DNA of 64,000 nt, taken from the NCBI GenBank assembly GCA_050115495.1, contig JASFQK010000002.1, positions 128,001 to 192,000 of the forward strand, given 5' to 3'. Origin of the DNA: Phycisphaerae bacterium (GTDB taxonomy: Bacteria; Planctomycetota; Phycisphaerae; UBA1845; Fen-1342). Position numbers and translations under genes: made by a program. Within the stretch, counting starts at the first letter, position 1, and each line of letters begins with the position of its first letter. Of the stretch, positions 9,632 to 17,561 are shown one piece after another. The notes under the pieces were generated by a model. That model was not told where the DNA came from. It was given only the letters and a program-made list of their open reading frames with translations, and ran no database searches.

Positions 9632-9710
9632 GTTCTCTCTCCAAACATGTAACGAACCACTCGCTCCGGTCCCGCCGCGCCGACGGGTCTAACCTCGGCG
9701 ATTACTAAAC

Positions 9711-9739
9711 ACGCTAGTCACGCAGAGCCTCGCCGTCAA
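9711..9739 (-). promoter_or_regulatory. Sigma70-like promoter, unit 3
   Basis: TTGACG-17 nt-TAGCGT followed by GTTTAG (same downstream hexamer as unit 1). Confidence 0.55.
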
Positions 9740-9771
9740 CAGGTCGAGGCCACAAACTGCGCGCGCCTCCC

Positions 9772-9835
9772 AAAAAGAGAGCCCCGTCCGGCGATTAGCG
9801 CCTCCGGCCAATTCGCCGGAGTGTCGAGACGGGGC
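9772..9835 (-). terminator. Long-stem intrinsic terminator, unit 4
   Basis: GCCCCGTC...GACGGGGC stem with an inner CCGGCGA/TCGCCGG stem, followed by TCTCTTTTT. Confidence 0.65.
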
Positions 9836-9924
9836 ACCGTCAAGTGCCACCCGCGCGTTCCGCGGGGGGCTACCTGACGGACCTTGACTGGCGCGACACT
9901 TGTCGTCGCGCTTCGACGGTTGCT

Positions 9925-10005
9925 TTAGAAGAACGCGTTGTACGCCCACACGCCGGTGAACGCCGCGACCGCCGCAACCAAGAAATCAACGAACCAAGTC
10001 CACAT
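9925..10005 (-). CDS. Aromatic-rich transmembrane micropeptide 4 (26 aa, MWTWFVDFLVAAVAAFTGVWAYNAFF)
   Basis: SD AGGAG 7 nt before ATG; same leader hairpin and terminator layout as units 1-3; more divergent sequence. Confidence 0.7.
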   Translation of the reverse strand: MWTWFVDFLVAAVAAFTGVWAYNAFF

Positions 10006-10292
10006 CGTGTCTCTCCTGTGCAGATCTGATTCGTGTCCGTCCTGCCGCGCCGACAGGTCGACCCGGACACAGTTGCTATCATTTACGCTACTTACGAGAA
10101 TGTCGTCAAGGACTGCGCCCCCTTGTTTTTCGTATATTCTGGAGCTTGTTGGACCGCGGTTTGCTACGTCCCGCCGGCAGTCGCGACCCTTTTCTCCCTC
10201 GCGCATCGGCCCGCAGCCGGTCGCCAGGGCCGTTTTGCAGCGCCCGCCGTGCGGCGACCACGTAACCCGCTCCGCCCGCACCGGAGACCCAT

Positions 10293-11207
10293 ATGCCCGA
10301 AGAAAGACGGAAACTCGTCATCGGCGTCGGCGAACTGCTCTGGGACTGTTTTCCCGATTGGCGCCGCCCAGGCGGGGCTCCGGCGAACGTGGCCTTCCAC
10401 GCCAGCCAGCTCGGTCTGGCCGGGGCGATTTGTTCCGGCGTGGGTACGGACGCCGGCGGTGACGAACTCGTCCGCTACGTCGGCGAACGCGGTCTGGACA
10501 CGCGCTGGATCCAGCGCGACCCGCATCATCCCACTGGCACGGTCACCGTCGACACGACGCGGCCCGAGCACCCGACGTACGTGATCCACGAAAACGTGGC
10601 CTGGGACTTCCTGCAATTCGACGAGCCGTCGGCCGAGCTGTTTGCCGCCGCCGCCGTCGTCTGCTACGGCACGCTCGCCCAACGCTGCGCTGCGAGCCGG
10701 GAGACGATTCGGCGGGCGCTGACGGCGGCGGAGCAGGCGCTGCGCGTGTACGACGTGAACCTGCGCCCACCATGGTACACCGCGGAGATCGTCGCCGAGT
10801 CGCTGCGTCTCGCGCACGTCGTGAAGCTCAACGCGGATGAGGTGGGGGAACTAGGCAGACTGCTCTCATTGCCGGCGGATCCGCCGGAGGGATTTGCCGC
10901 TGCGCTAAGGGAGCGCTACGGCGTGCGGCTGGTGTGCGTTACGCGCGGGGGACGCGGGTGTCTGCTGCTGTCGGAGACGGAACGGGTGGACGTAGCGGGC
11001 AGGCCGGTGGAGGTTGTGGACGCGGTCGGTGCCGGGGACGCGTTCACCGCCGCCCTGAGCTACGGGCTCGTGCAGGGTTGGCCGGTAGCGCGGGCGGCGC
11101 ACCTGGCGAACGAGGTCGGCGCGCTCGTGGCGGGACAAGCCGGTGCGATGCCGGTGCTGGGCGAGGCGCTGGCGGATGCGTTGCGGCGGTGTGCTCCTGG
11201 TACGTAG
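10293..11207 (+). CDS. PfkB-family carbohydrate kinase (fructokinase-like)
   Basis: GELLWD, GGAPANVA, DVNLRPP and DAVGAGDAF signatures. Confidence 0.9.
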   Translation: MPEERRKLVIGVGELLWDCFPDWRRPGGAPANVAFHASQLGLAGAICSGVGTDAGGDELVRYVGERGLDTRWIQRDPHHPTGTVTVDTTRPEHPTYVIHENVAWDFLQFDEPSAELFAAAAVVCYGTLAQRCAASRETIRRALTAAEQALRVYDVNLRPPWYTAEIVAESLRLAHVVKLNADEVGELGRLLSLPADPPEGFAAALRERYGVRLVCVTRGGRGCLLLSETERVDVAGRPVEVVDAVGAGDAFTAALSYGLVQGWPVARAAHLANEVGALVAGQAGAMPVLGEALADALRRCAPGT

Positions 11208-11222
11208 CGGAGCGCGGCGGCT

Positions 11223-12524
11223 TCAGTCGTTGCTGTCGGGCGGCGGCGACCCCGGTGTGGTGGTCGCGGGCGTGTGGCCGAACAGCTCGTCGAGGTGTCG
11301 GACGTCGACGTCGATGGTGTGGTCGCCCTGGAGGCAGAGGTAGGCGGCCACGTACGAAGCGGCACTCCAGGCCTGGTAGGCTTTGCCCATGGGGCGGCCG
11401 GTTTGGCCGTGAGCCCATTCGGTGAATTCCCAACGACGCTCGATTCCGTCGCGGCAGAGCCGGGCCAGGCGATGCAGGGCGTGTTCGGCTTCGGCTCGCT
11501 GGTCGAGGCGCAGCAGGAAGCGCACCCACAGTCCGCCGACGAACGGCCAGATGCCGCCGTTGTGGTAGTGGTGGGGGAGGTTCTGGAGATTGACGAGGAA
11601 GTAGGCCCGCCAGTCCGGGGCGCCGGGACTGACGGCCGGGTAGAGCACGCGCACCGGATAGGGCCGGTCGACGCCGACCTGTCGCAGGAAACGCCAGACG
11701 CGCAGCGCCCGTTCCTCGTCGATCACGCCGTACAGGAAGGCGATGAGGTTGGCGAACACGTCGCAGCGCCAACTGAAGCCGAAGGGCGTGATCTGGGCGA
11801 GCAGGTAGCGGGCCTTGCCCAGGCTGAACTGCGTTTCAGCGAAGGACTCGACGCTGTCGCGGACGGTGGCCGGTGTGGGCCAGAACTGCTTGTTGATCAG
11901 AGAGCGGATGCGCTGGGCCCGCTCGGCGTAGCGGGCGACCTCGCCGTCGCCGAGGCGACGCAGCTTGACGAAGTCGACGTTGGCCCGGTACCAGAGCACC
12001 TCGTCGTAGAGGACGTTGTACGAGCGGGGGAAGATGTCCATCCAGTCGGAGGCTTCGGGCACTTCGAGCAGGCCGCAGTTGTTCGAGTCGTGGGCCCGCA
12101 GCCATTTCACCGTGCGGTGAATCGCCCGGAAGTAGCGGTTGAGGAAAGCGGTGTCGCCGGTGGCCTGCACGTAGTTCCAGGCGGCGATGATGACCCACAT
12201 GGGGCCGTCGATGCCGGCGATGTTCCCCGTGCCGCCGTAGACCGGCCGGCGGGTTTCGACCTCGACGTAGTTGGGCAGGTGGCCGTCGGGCGACTGGGCG
12301 TCGAGCAGGGTTTTGAGCGAGCGGCGGCCGCAGGCGGTGAGCTCCGGATCGCGCAGCGGCAGCGACCACATCAGCGTGATGGCCGCGTCGCGGGCCCAGA
12401 CGGCGCGGTAGTTGCTGCCGGCCTCCTCGTCATGCTCCATCGAGCAGGCGGTGAAGCCGCGCTTGGACACGTTCATGCGCAGCACGTCCTGGGCCCGTGC
12501 AAACGCTTCGTCGATCAGGTTCAT
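11223..12524 (-). CDS. (alpha/alpha)6 glycoside hydrolase, alkaline/neutral invertase (GH100)-like
   Basis: NYRAVWARD, IDGPMW, SDWMD, YHNGGIWPF and QAWSAA motifs; adjacent to a fructokinase and a GT4 synthase. Confidence 0.75.
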   Translation of the reverse strand: MNLIDEAFARAQDVLRMNVSKRGFTACSMEHDEEAGSNYRAVWARDAAITLMWSLPLRDPELTACGRRSLKTLLDAQSPDGHLPNYVEVETRRPVYGGTGNIAGIDGPMWVIIAAWNYVQATGDTAFLNRYFRAIHRTVKWLRAHDSNNCGLLEVPEASDWMDIFPRSYNVLYDEVLWYRANVDFVKLRRLGDGEVARYAERAQRIRSLINKQFWPTPATVRDSVESFAETQFSLGKARYLLAQITPFGFSWRCDVFANLIAFLYGVIDEERALRVWRFLRQVGVDRPYPVRVLYPAVSPGAPDWRAYFLVNLQNLPHHYHNGGIWPFVGGLWVRFLLRLDQRAEAEHALHRLARLCRDGIERRWEFTEWAHGQTGRPMGKAYQAWSAASYVAAYLCLQGDHTIDVDVRHLDELFGHTPATTTPGSPPPDSND

Positions 12525-12684
12525 GCCGCTCGCACTCCGCGGCTGGGGTGCCGAATAGGCCGGGCCGCCCCGGCGCGACCGGCATCATAACCGAAGACGC
12601 CCGCGCGGCGTGGACCGCGAGGGCGCCATGATGGATCGTGGGTGTATCCGCGTGCGCAGATTCTGCCGGCTGGTCGGGCGGGGG

Positions 12685-14022
12685 CTAGTCGGCGGCGGCG
12701 ACGAGCTCGCCGGCCAGGAGCTCGTCAGTCTCACGCGCTTCCCCGCGGTCTTTTCCCGACGTCCGCATCCGAAAGCCCTGCAGGATGCTGAGCATCTGCT
12801 GGGCGATACCCATCCAGGTAAACGCCGCCCGGGCCTTCTGCGAGCCGTACTTGGCCAATTGGCCGGCGATGGGCGGGTGTTGCAGAATCTGGTAGATGGC
12901 GTGGCCGAACGCCTCCGGATCGAACGGGTTGGCGTACAGCGCCTCGAGCCCCCAGCGGACCTGCTCCCATAGCCCACCTTCCGTCGTTACGACGGCCGGC
13001 GTGCCGCAGGCCATCGCTTCCACCGCTGTCATGCCGAACGGCTCGTAGCGGCTGGACAGGGCGAAGACGTCGGCCAGGCGATACCAGTCGGGCAGCTCCT
13101 CGTCCGGGATGTAGTCGTGGAAGTGCACGCGGTCCGCGATCTTCAGCTCGCGGGCGATCGTGCGCAGCTCTTCGATCTGCTCCTGCTCTCGTTCCGTCGG
13201 TTGCGTCGAGCCGATCGCCAGGATCAGCTTCGCATCCTCGATCCGCTGGAAGACGACCGGCATGGCCTGTATCAACAGGTCGTAGCCCTTGTTGTGAGCC
13301 ATGCGCCCCACGGCCAGCACGATGCGGCCCTCCTGGCCGTACTGCCGCTTGATGCCCTCACGCGATGCCCGCGAGATCGGGAAGAAACGCGAGTCGTCAT
13401 AGCCCGGCGGCACGACGTAGATTTTCTCCCGCGGCGTGTCGTAGGCGCCGTTCGTCAGGATGTCGCGCTGCACGGGCGTCGTCGCGACAACCGCGTCGCA
13501 CTCGTCGTAGATGACCTTCTCTTCGCGGATCCGGCGGCGGAAGTTGTACTTGCGCTCGAGGTCCGCTGGCTCGCCGTCCATGTTGTCCCGTTTCCACGAG
13601 CCGATCGAGTGCGGGACGTGGACGTGCGGGATGGACAGGCGGTTGGAGAGGGCCTGGCCGGCCAGACCGGCATCCCAATAATGGCTCACGATGAACGAAT
13701 AGCGCAGCCGCTTCGAGTAGATGTGCTGACGGACGTTCTCCACCCACTCGGGGATGTGGTCGCACAGCGTTTCCTTCGGGATGAACTCCTTGCCGCCGCA
13801 GGGGAAGCGCAGCACACGCATGCGCTCGCCGACCTCCTCGACCGCCGGCTGATCCTCGAAGCGGCGGGTGAGCACGTCGACGTGGTAGCCCATGCGGGCC
13901 AGGCACTTGCTCAGCTCGAGGACGTAGACGACCTGGCCACCGGTATCGGGCTTGCCCAGTTCCGGCTCGGCCGCGACGTACCCGTGGGTGGAGATCATCA
14001 TGATCCGTTGTTTGGTGGACAT
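12685..14022 (-). CDS. mfpsA: GT4 mannosylfructose-phosphate synthase / sucrose-phosphate synthase-like glycosyltransferase
   Basis: ISTHGYVAA.P.LG..DTGGQVVYVLEL, SHYWDAG, PPGYDDSRFFP, SSRYEPFGMTAVEAMACGTP and FTW.GIAQQ match my recollection of Agrobacterium MfpsA. Confidence 0.75.
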   Translation of the reverse strand: MSTKQRIMMISTHGYVAAEPELGKPDTGGQVVYVLELSKCLARMGYHVDVLTRRFEDQPAVEEVGERMRVLRFPCGGKEFIPKETLCDHIPEWVENVRQHIYSKRLRYSFIVSHYWDAGLAGQALSNRLSIPHVHVPHSIGSWKRDNMDGEPADLERKYNFRRRIREEKVIYDECDAVVATTPVQRDILTNGAYDTPREKIYVVPPGYDDSRFFPISRASREGIKRQYGQEGRIVLAVGRMAHNKGYDLLIQAMPVVFQRIEDAKLILAIGSTQPTEREQEQIEELRTIARELKIADRVHFHDYIPDEELPDWYRLADVFALSSRYEPFGMTAVEAMACGTPAVVTTEGGLWEQVRWGLEALYANPFDPEAFGHAIYQILQHPPIAGQLAKYGSQKARAAFTWMGIAQQMLSILQGFRMRTSGKDRGEARETDELLAGELVAAAD

Positions 14023-14035
14023 GGTCCGACTCCTC

Positions 14036-14602
14036 TTAGCCCCCGACCTCCGCCCGCGGGGCGGGTTGCTCCCCGGAGGGGCAGGGGGATTGTGGCTCGA
14101 TGGCCGGCGTCTCCGGCGACGTGGCGTGGTCAGCGCCCATCATCCTGGCCACGCGCTGGAGCGTGGCCAGGATCATGGTCTGCTCCCAGTCTTCGAGCCG
14201 ACTCAGCTCGCGTCGAAAGCGTTCGTGCAAAGGCGACGGCACGGCGTGCAGCGCCTGGATGCCTTCCGGTGTGACCCGGATGAGAATGCTTCGCCGATCG
14301 CGCGGGTCGCGGTTGCGGCTGATGAGGCCGCGGCGTTCGAGGCGGTCGAGAATGCCCGTCACGGTGGGCTGGCTCAGACGCACGGCGCGGGCTAGGTCGC
14401 CCGCGGAAGCGCTGTCCAGCCGGAGGGCCGCCCGAAGCGTGGCGGCCTGGGGAGAGGTGAGTCCGTGCTCCTCGACGAGCCAGCGAGACTGCCGGTCAAC
14501 CGCCCGGACGATGCTGCGCACCGCGGCGGCGATGTCTTCCTCGATCGGTCGGGCGAGGAGCGGGGTCAGTGACGGATCCAAAGTATAACTCCGCGCTAAC
14601 AA
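14036..14602 (-). CDS. MarR-family regulator, EctR-like (start codon uncertain)
   Basis: IVRAVD..S..L....GLTSPQ, LSQPTVTGILDRLERRGLI.R.RD..DRR and WEQTMILATLQRVARMM. Confidence 0.8.
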   Translation of the reverse strand: MLARSYTLDPSLTPLLARPIEEDIAAAVRSIVRAVDRQSRWLVEEHGLTSPQAATLRAALRLDSASAGDLARAVRLSQPTVTGILDRLERRGLISRNRDPRDRRSILIRVTPEGIQALHAVPSPLHERFRRELSRLEDWEQTMILATLQRVARMMGADHATSPETPAIEPQSPCPSGEQPAPRAEVGG

Positions 14603-14613
14603 TTAGCATCCAA

Positions 14614-14631
14614 AATATCGGCGACTAAATA
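14614..14631 (-). promoter_or_regulatory. Putative EctR-type operator TATTTAGT-CG-CCGATATT
   Basis: 8-2-8 pseudopalindrome just upstream of the MarR gene in an AT-rich region. Confidence 0.45.
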
Positions 14632-14820
14632 CGGACGGCTTGAGATGAATCCGGCCGCGCCTCTTCTCACGAATTGTAGTCGAGTTGGTAGATTCCGCAA
14701 GCTGGGACCTATAAGAAGAGTTGCTGGATACGCGAAATGTCGTTTGTAAGCGAAGAATAATTAGCGTTGTGTGAAGCTTCGGAACCGATTTCGTTTTCTG
14801 CACTCGCGGTTCTGGCGCGC

Positions 14821-14856
14821 AAAAAGAGGAGGAGCCGGGTTGCGGCCCGGCTCCTC
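14821..14856 (-). terminator. Intrinsic terminator after the PEP-CTERM gene
   Basis: Perfect 11-bp stem GAGGAGCCGGG/CCCGGCTCCTC followed by CTCTTTTT on the minus strand. Confidence 0.8.
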
Positions 14857-14890
14857 ATGAGGACTCAGCTGATGCGCTGGGAAAGGACGG

Positions 14891-15421
14891 CTAGCGGCGT
14901 CGACGCAAGAGCAGGAGCCCTGAGGCACTGAGCGCCACGAGCGCGGACGGTTCCGGCACGACGGTCAGGCTCGCCGGCGTGAAGCTGACGTTCGTTTCCA
15001 GGCTGCCCGCTTCGAGCAGGAACCCTTCGTCTTCCTGCGGGCCACTGCTCAGGGTCAGCGTGGTCGTGCCCTCGACGAGCCCTTCGAACGTGACGGTGGC
15101 GAGCCGCACATCGCCCGTGATGCCGGCAGGGAAGCGCATACCGGACAGACCGTCACCGTCGAGCGTGGCGGTCGGGTTCCAGTCGTCGCCGATGACGGTG
15201 TCGGTCCAGGCGGCGAACGCCGGTTCGTCGAGCACTAGGTCCATGCCCCAGGCGACCACCGGTTCGTCGAAGTGCGCCATGAGACCGACGCTCACCGATC
15301 CGCCCACGTCGACCGTCGAACTGGCTGGATCGAGCCACACAATAATGTCGGCCGAAGCCGGAGATACGCACGCCAGCACGGCCAGCGTCGCGATGCAGAT
15401 CAGACCTTTCTGGATTGTCAT
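14891..15421 (-). CDS. PEP-CTERM exported protein with a cohesin-like beta-sandwich domain
   Basis: Signal peptide (ASA); LATVTFEGLVEGTTTLTL cohesin-like strands; C-terminal VPEPS-TM-RRRR. Confidence 0.85.
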   Translation of the reverse strand: MTIQKGLICIATLAVLACVSPASADIIVWLDPASSTVDVGGSVSVGLMAHFDEPVVAWGMDLVLDEPAFAAWTDTVIGDDWNPTATLDGDGLSGMRFPAGITGDVRLATVTFEGLVEGTTTLTLSSGPQEDEGFLLEAGSLETNVSFTPASLTVVPEPSALVALSASGLLLLRRRR

Positions 15422-15568
15422 GACTTTCTACCTCCTCGCAGATTTCCGCGTCCTGGTCAGCCGTTGCCGGCCGGTGGATTCGGAATCTCCTCGTTTTCCA
15501 TGCGAACGTTCGACAATCGGCGACGCGCCCGGCGGATGACGAAGCTCCCGCCGGGCCGCGCCGACCAT

Positions 15569-17407
15569 CTACGGACGCTTTGCCCCGCTGGCCTTCACCT
15601 TGTTCGTACTACCTGATTGCCCTGGGTGCGCCGTCGCCGGAATGCTGGCGCTGGGTTCCGGAACGCTCGGGCACGCCGGCGGACCGGCCAGGAAGTCGCC
15701 GATGTAAGCGCGATAGCAATCCAGCCAGGCGGCGTAATCCGTCATGCCGACGGCGCCACTGTCGTCGTAGTCGCACATGGCATCCTGCGGCGGCTGGCCA
15801 TCAACAGGGCCACCGAAGGCGGAGAGGAAGATGACGTAGTCGTCGTAGTCCACGTCGCCGTCGAAGTCGAGGTCGCCACAGATGTGGACGTACTCGTCGG
15901 CGCCGACGTCAACCCGCTCGATGCCGTCTCCGTTGCCGTCGCTGACGCGCGCGTCGCCGTCGATGTCGGTGTCTTCGGGGTCGGGGGCCAGGCTGGGATC
16001 GCCGGTGTCGATGCACGGCGACGTGCCGGCGACGTGATATGCGCTGCTCTCGCGGTCGCCCGCGAATTCCGGATCGTCACCGAAGTTGCCGGTGCCGCCG
16101 TAGGTTCCGGTCCACCCCTGGACGCAGGAATAATCGATGGTGATGGAATCGCCGTTGAGCTGATAGTCTTCCGTTTCCCCGCCGTTGCCCCAGAGGATGC
16201 AGCTCGTCACGTTGGACGGCTGCGCGCCGGCATAGTCCACCAGGCCGAGGCTGTTGCCGGTCAGCGTGCAGTTCTGCAGCGTGGTATGCACGACGCCGCT
16301 GCCACTGCGGTAGTTTCCCACGCCCGCACCCGGGTTGTCGGCAATCACGCAGTTCACGAGCGACAATTCGCTCCCCGAGCTGCTGGAGTTGGTGTTGTGG
16401 ATGCCGGCCCCGTAGCCACCTTCGTTGTGGAAGATGCGGCAGTTGGCCACGGTGACGGTTCCTCTGGTGTACATGCCGCCGCCGTAGGCCGACCCGACGT
16501 TGTCCTCCAGGAAGCAGCCGGTGATCGTCGCGGTGCCGCCGGTGACGTTGATGCCACCGCCGTTCTGCGTGGCGGTGTTCCTCAGGAACTGGCAGCCGCT
16601 CACGTCCGCCGCACCGGCGAAGCTCTCGAGCCCGCCGCCGTTGCCGCCGGCATTCTCTTCAAAGAGGCAGTTGGTAATCCACGCGCCAACCTGATTGACG
16701 TACACGCCACCACCGCCGCCGCGGGCCTTGTTCTGGAAGAAGTAGCAGTCCTCGACATGCGGCGTTCCGGTGACGATGTACATGCCGCCGCCGTTGCCTT
16801 CGGGGGATCCGGACCGCCCGGCGGCGTTAGCGGTGATGAAGCAGTTGGAGATGGTCGGCTCGCCGCCGAGGACGTAGAGCCCGCCGCCGCGCAGGCTGAA
16901 GGGGACGGCGGTGCGATCGGCGTTACCGCCCCGCACGGTCACGCCATCCAGCAGGGTGCCGACAGCGCCGTGGTAGATGTACACGACCTTATACGAGTTC
17001 TCTTCCATCCCCACGAAGCCAGGCTGGTCGTCGCCGTTCAGGTCGCCGCTGAGCACGGTTTCGTAGAGGTGGATGTCGCGGGCGTCGGGATTGGGGGCAC
17101 CGACCCCGGCATAGCCGCCGAGGACGACGACGCCGTTGTTGAGGCGGAAGTATGCGTTCCGATCGCCGGAGCCGGTGGGATTACTGGTCGACTCGTCGGG
17201 GCAGTAGGTGCCCTGGGCGATGTGGATCTCGGTTGGGCCGGCGGACGACATATCGAGCGCCGTCTTGAGTTGTGTGAGAGCCGAATCCCAGGAGAAGCCG
17301 TTTCCGCCCGGGGGCGCGTCGTCATCTACGTACAAAATGACCGCGAGTGCTGGTGTGGTGGCACACAGCAGCAGTGCGGTAAGGGCAATGGCGCACTGAC
17401 GATACAT
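15569..17407 (-). CDS. Secreted right-handed beta-helix protein with a C-terminal dockerin/EF-hand-like domain
   Basis: Signal peptide; YVDDDA; repeated GGG[LMI]Y...I.NC.F..N; SPCIDTGD, DIDGDARV...VDVGADE; GDLDFDGDVDYDD. Confidence 0.85.
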   Translation of the reverse strand: MYRQCAIALTALLLCATTPALAVILYVDDDAPPGGNGFSWDSALTQLKTALDMSSAGPTEIHIAQGTYCPDESTSNPTGSGDRNAYFRLNNGVVVLGGYAGVGAPNPDARDIHLYETVLSGDLNGDDQPGFVGMEENSYKVVYIYHGAVGTLLDGVTVRGGNADRTAVPFSLRGGGLYVLGGEPTISNCFITANAAGRSGSPEGNGGGMYIVTGTPHVEDCYFFQNKARGGGGGVYVNQVGAWITNCLFEENAGGNGGGLESFAGAADVSGCQFLRNTATQNGGGINVTGGTATITGCFLEDNVGSAYGGGMYTRGTVTVANCRIFHNEGGYGAGIHNTNSSSSGSELSLVNCVIADNPGAGVGNYRSGSGVVHTTLQNCTLTGNSLGLVDYAGAQPSNVTSCILWGNGGETEDYQLNGDSITIDYSCVQGWTGTYGGTGNFGDDPEFAGDRESSAYHVAGTSPCIDTGDPSLAPDPEDTDIDGDARVSDGNGDGIERVDVGADEYVHICGDLDFDGDVDYDDYVIFLSAFGGPVDGQPPQDAMCDYDDSGAVGMTDYAAWLDCYRAYIGDFLAGPPACPSVPEPSASIPATAHPGQSGSTNKVKASGAKRP

Positions 17408-17561
17408 CCTTGGTCTCCTTCCTCTTCCGATGGGGCGAAGCGGGTCTCCTACGCTGATCCCCGCATGCCGGAATCGTACTAGGAAACGGATTGGAGTTCA
17501 AGGCAAATCTCCCGGAGATATTACTCTTGCGTTTTTCGCCCATTCTCGCTACTCTCCGAGC

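Noticed and set aside
8641..10110. CRISPR array or tRNA cluster as the explanation for the periodic region
   Set aside because: The period is about 350-415 nt with degenerate motifs; there are no identical 25-45 nt repeats, no cloverleaf/T-loop signatures and no cas genes in the window.
15569..15680. VPEPS near the C-terminus of the beta-helix protein as a PEP-CTERM signal
   Set aside because: No hydrophobic TM segment follows, and I saw no frameshifted one.
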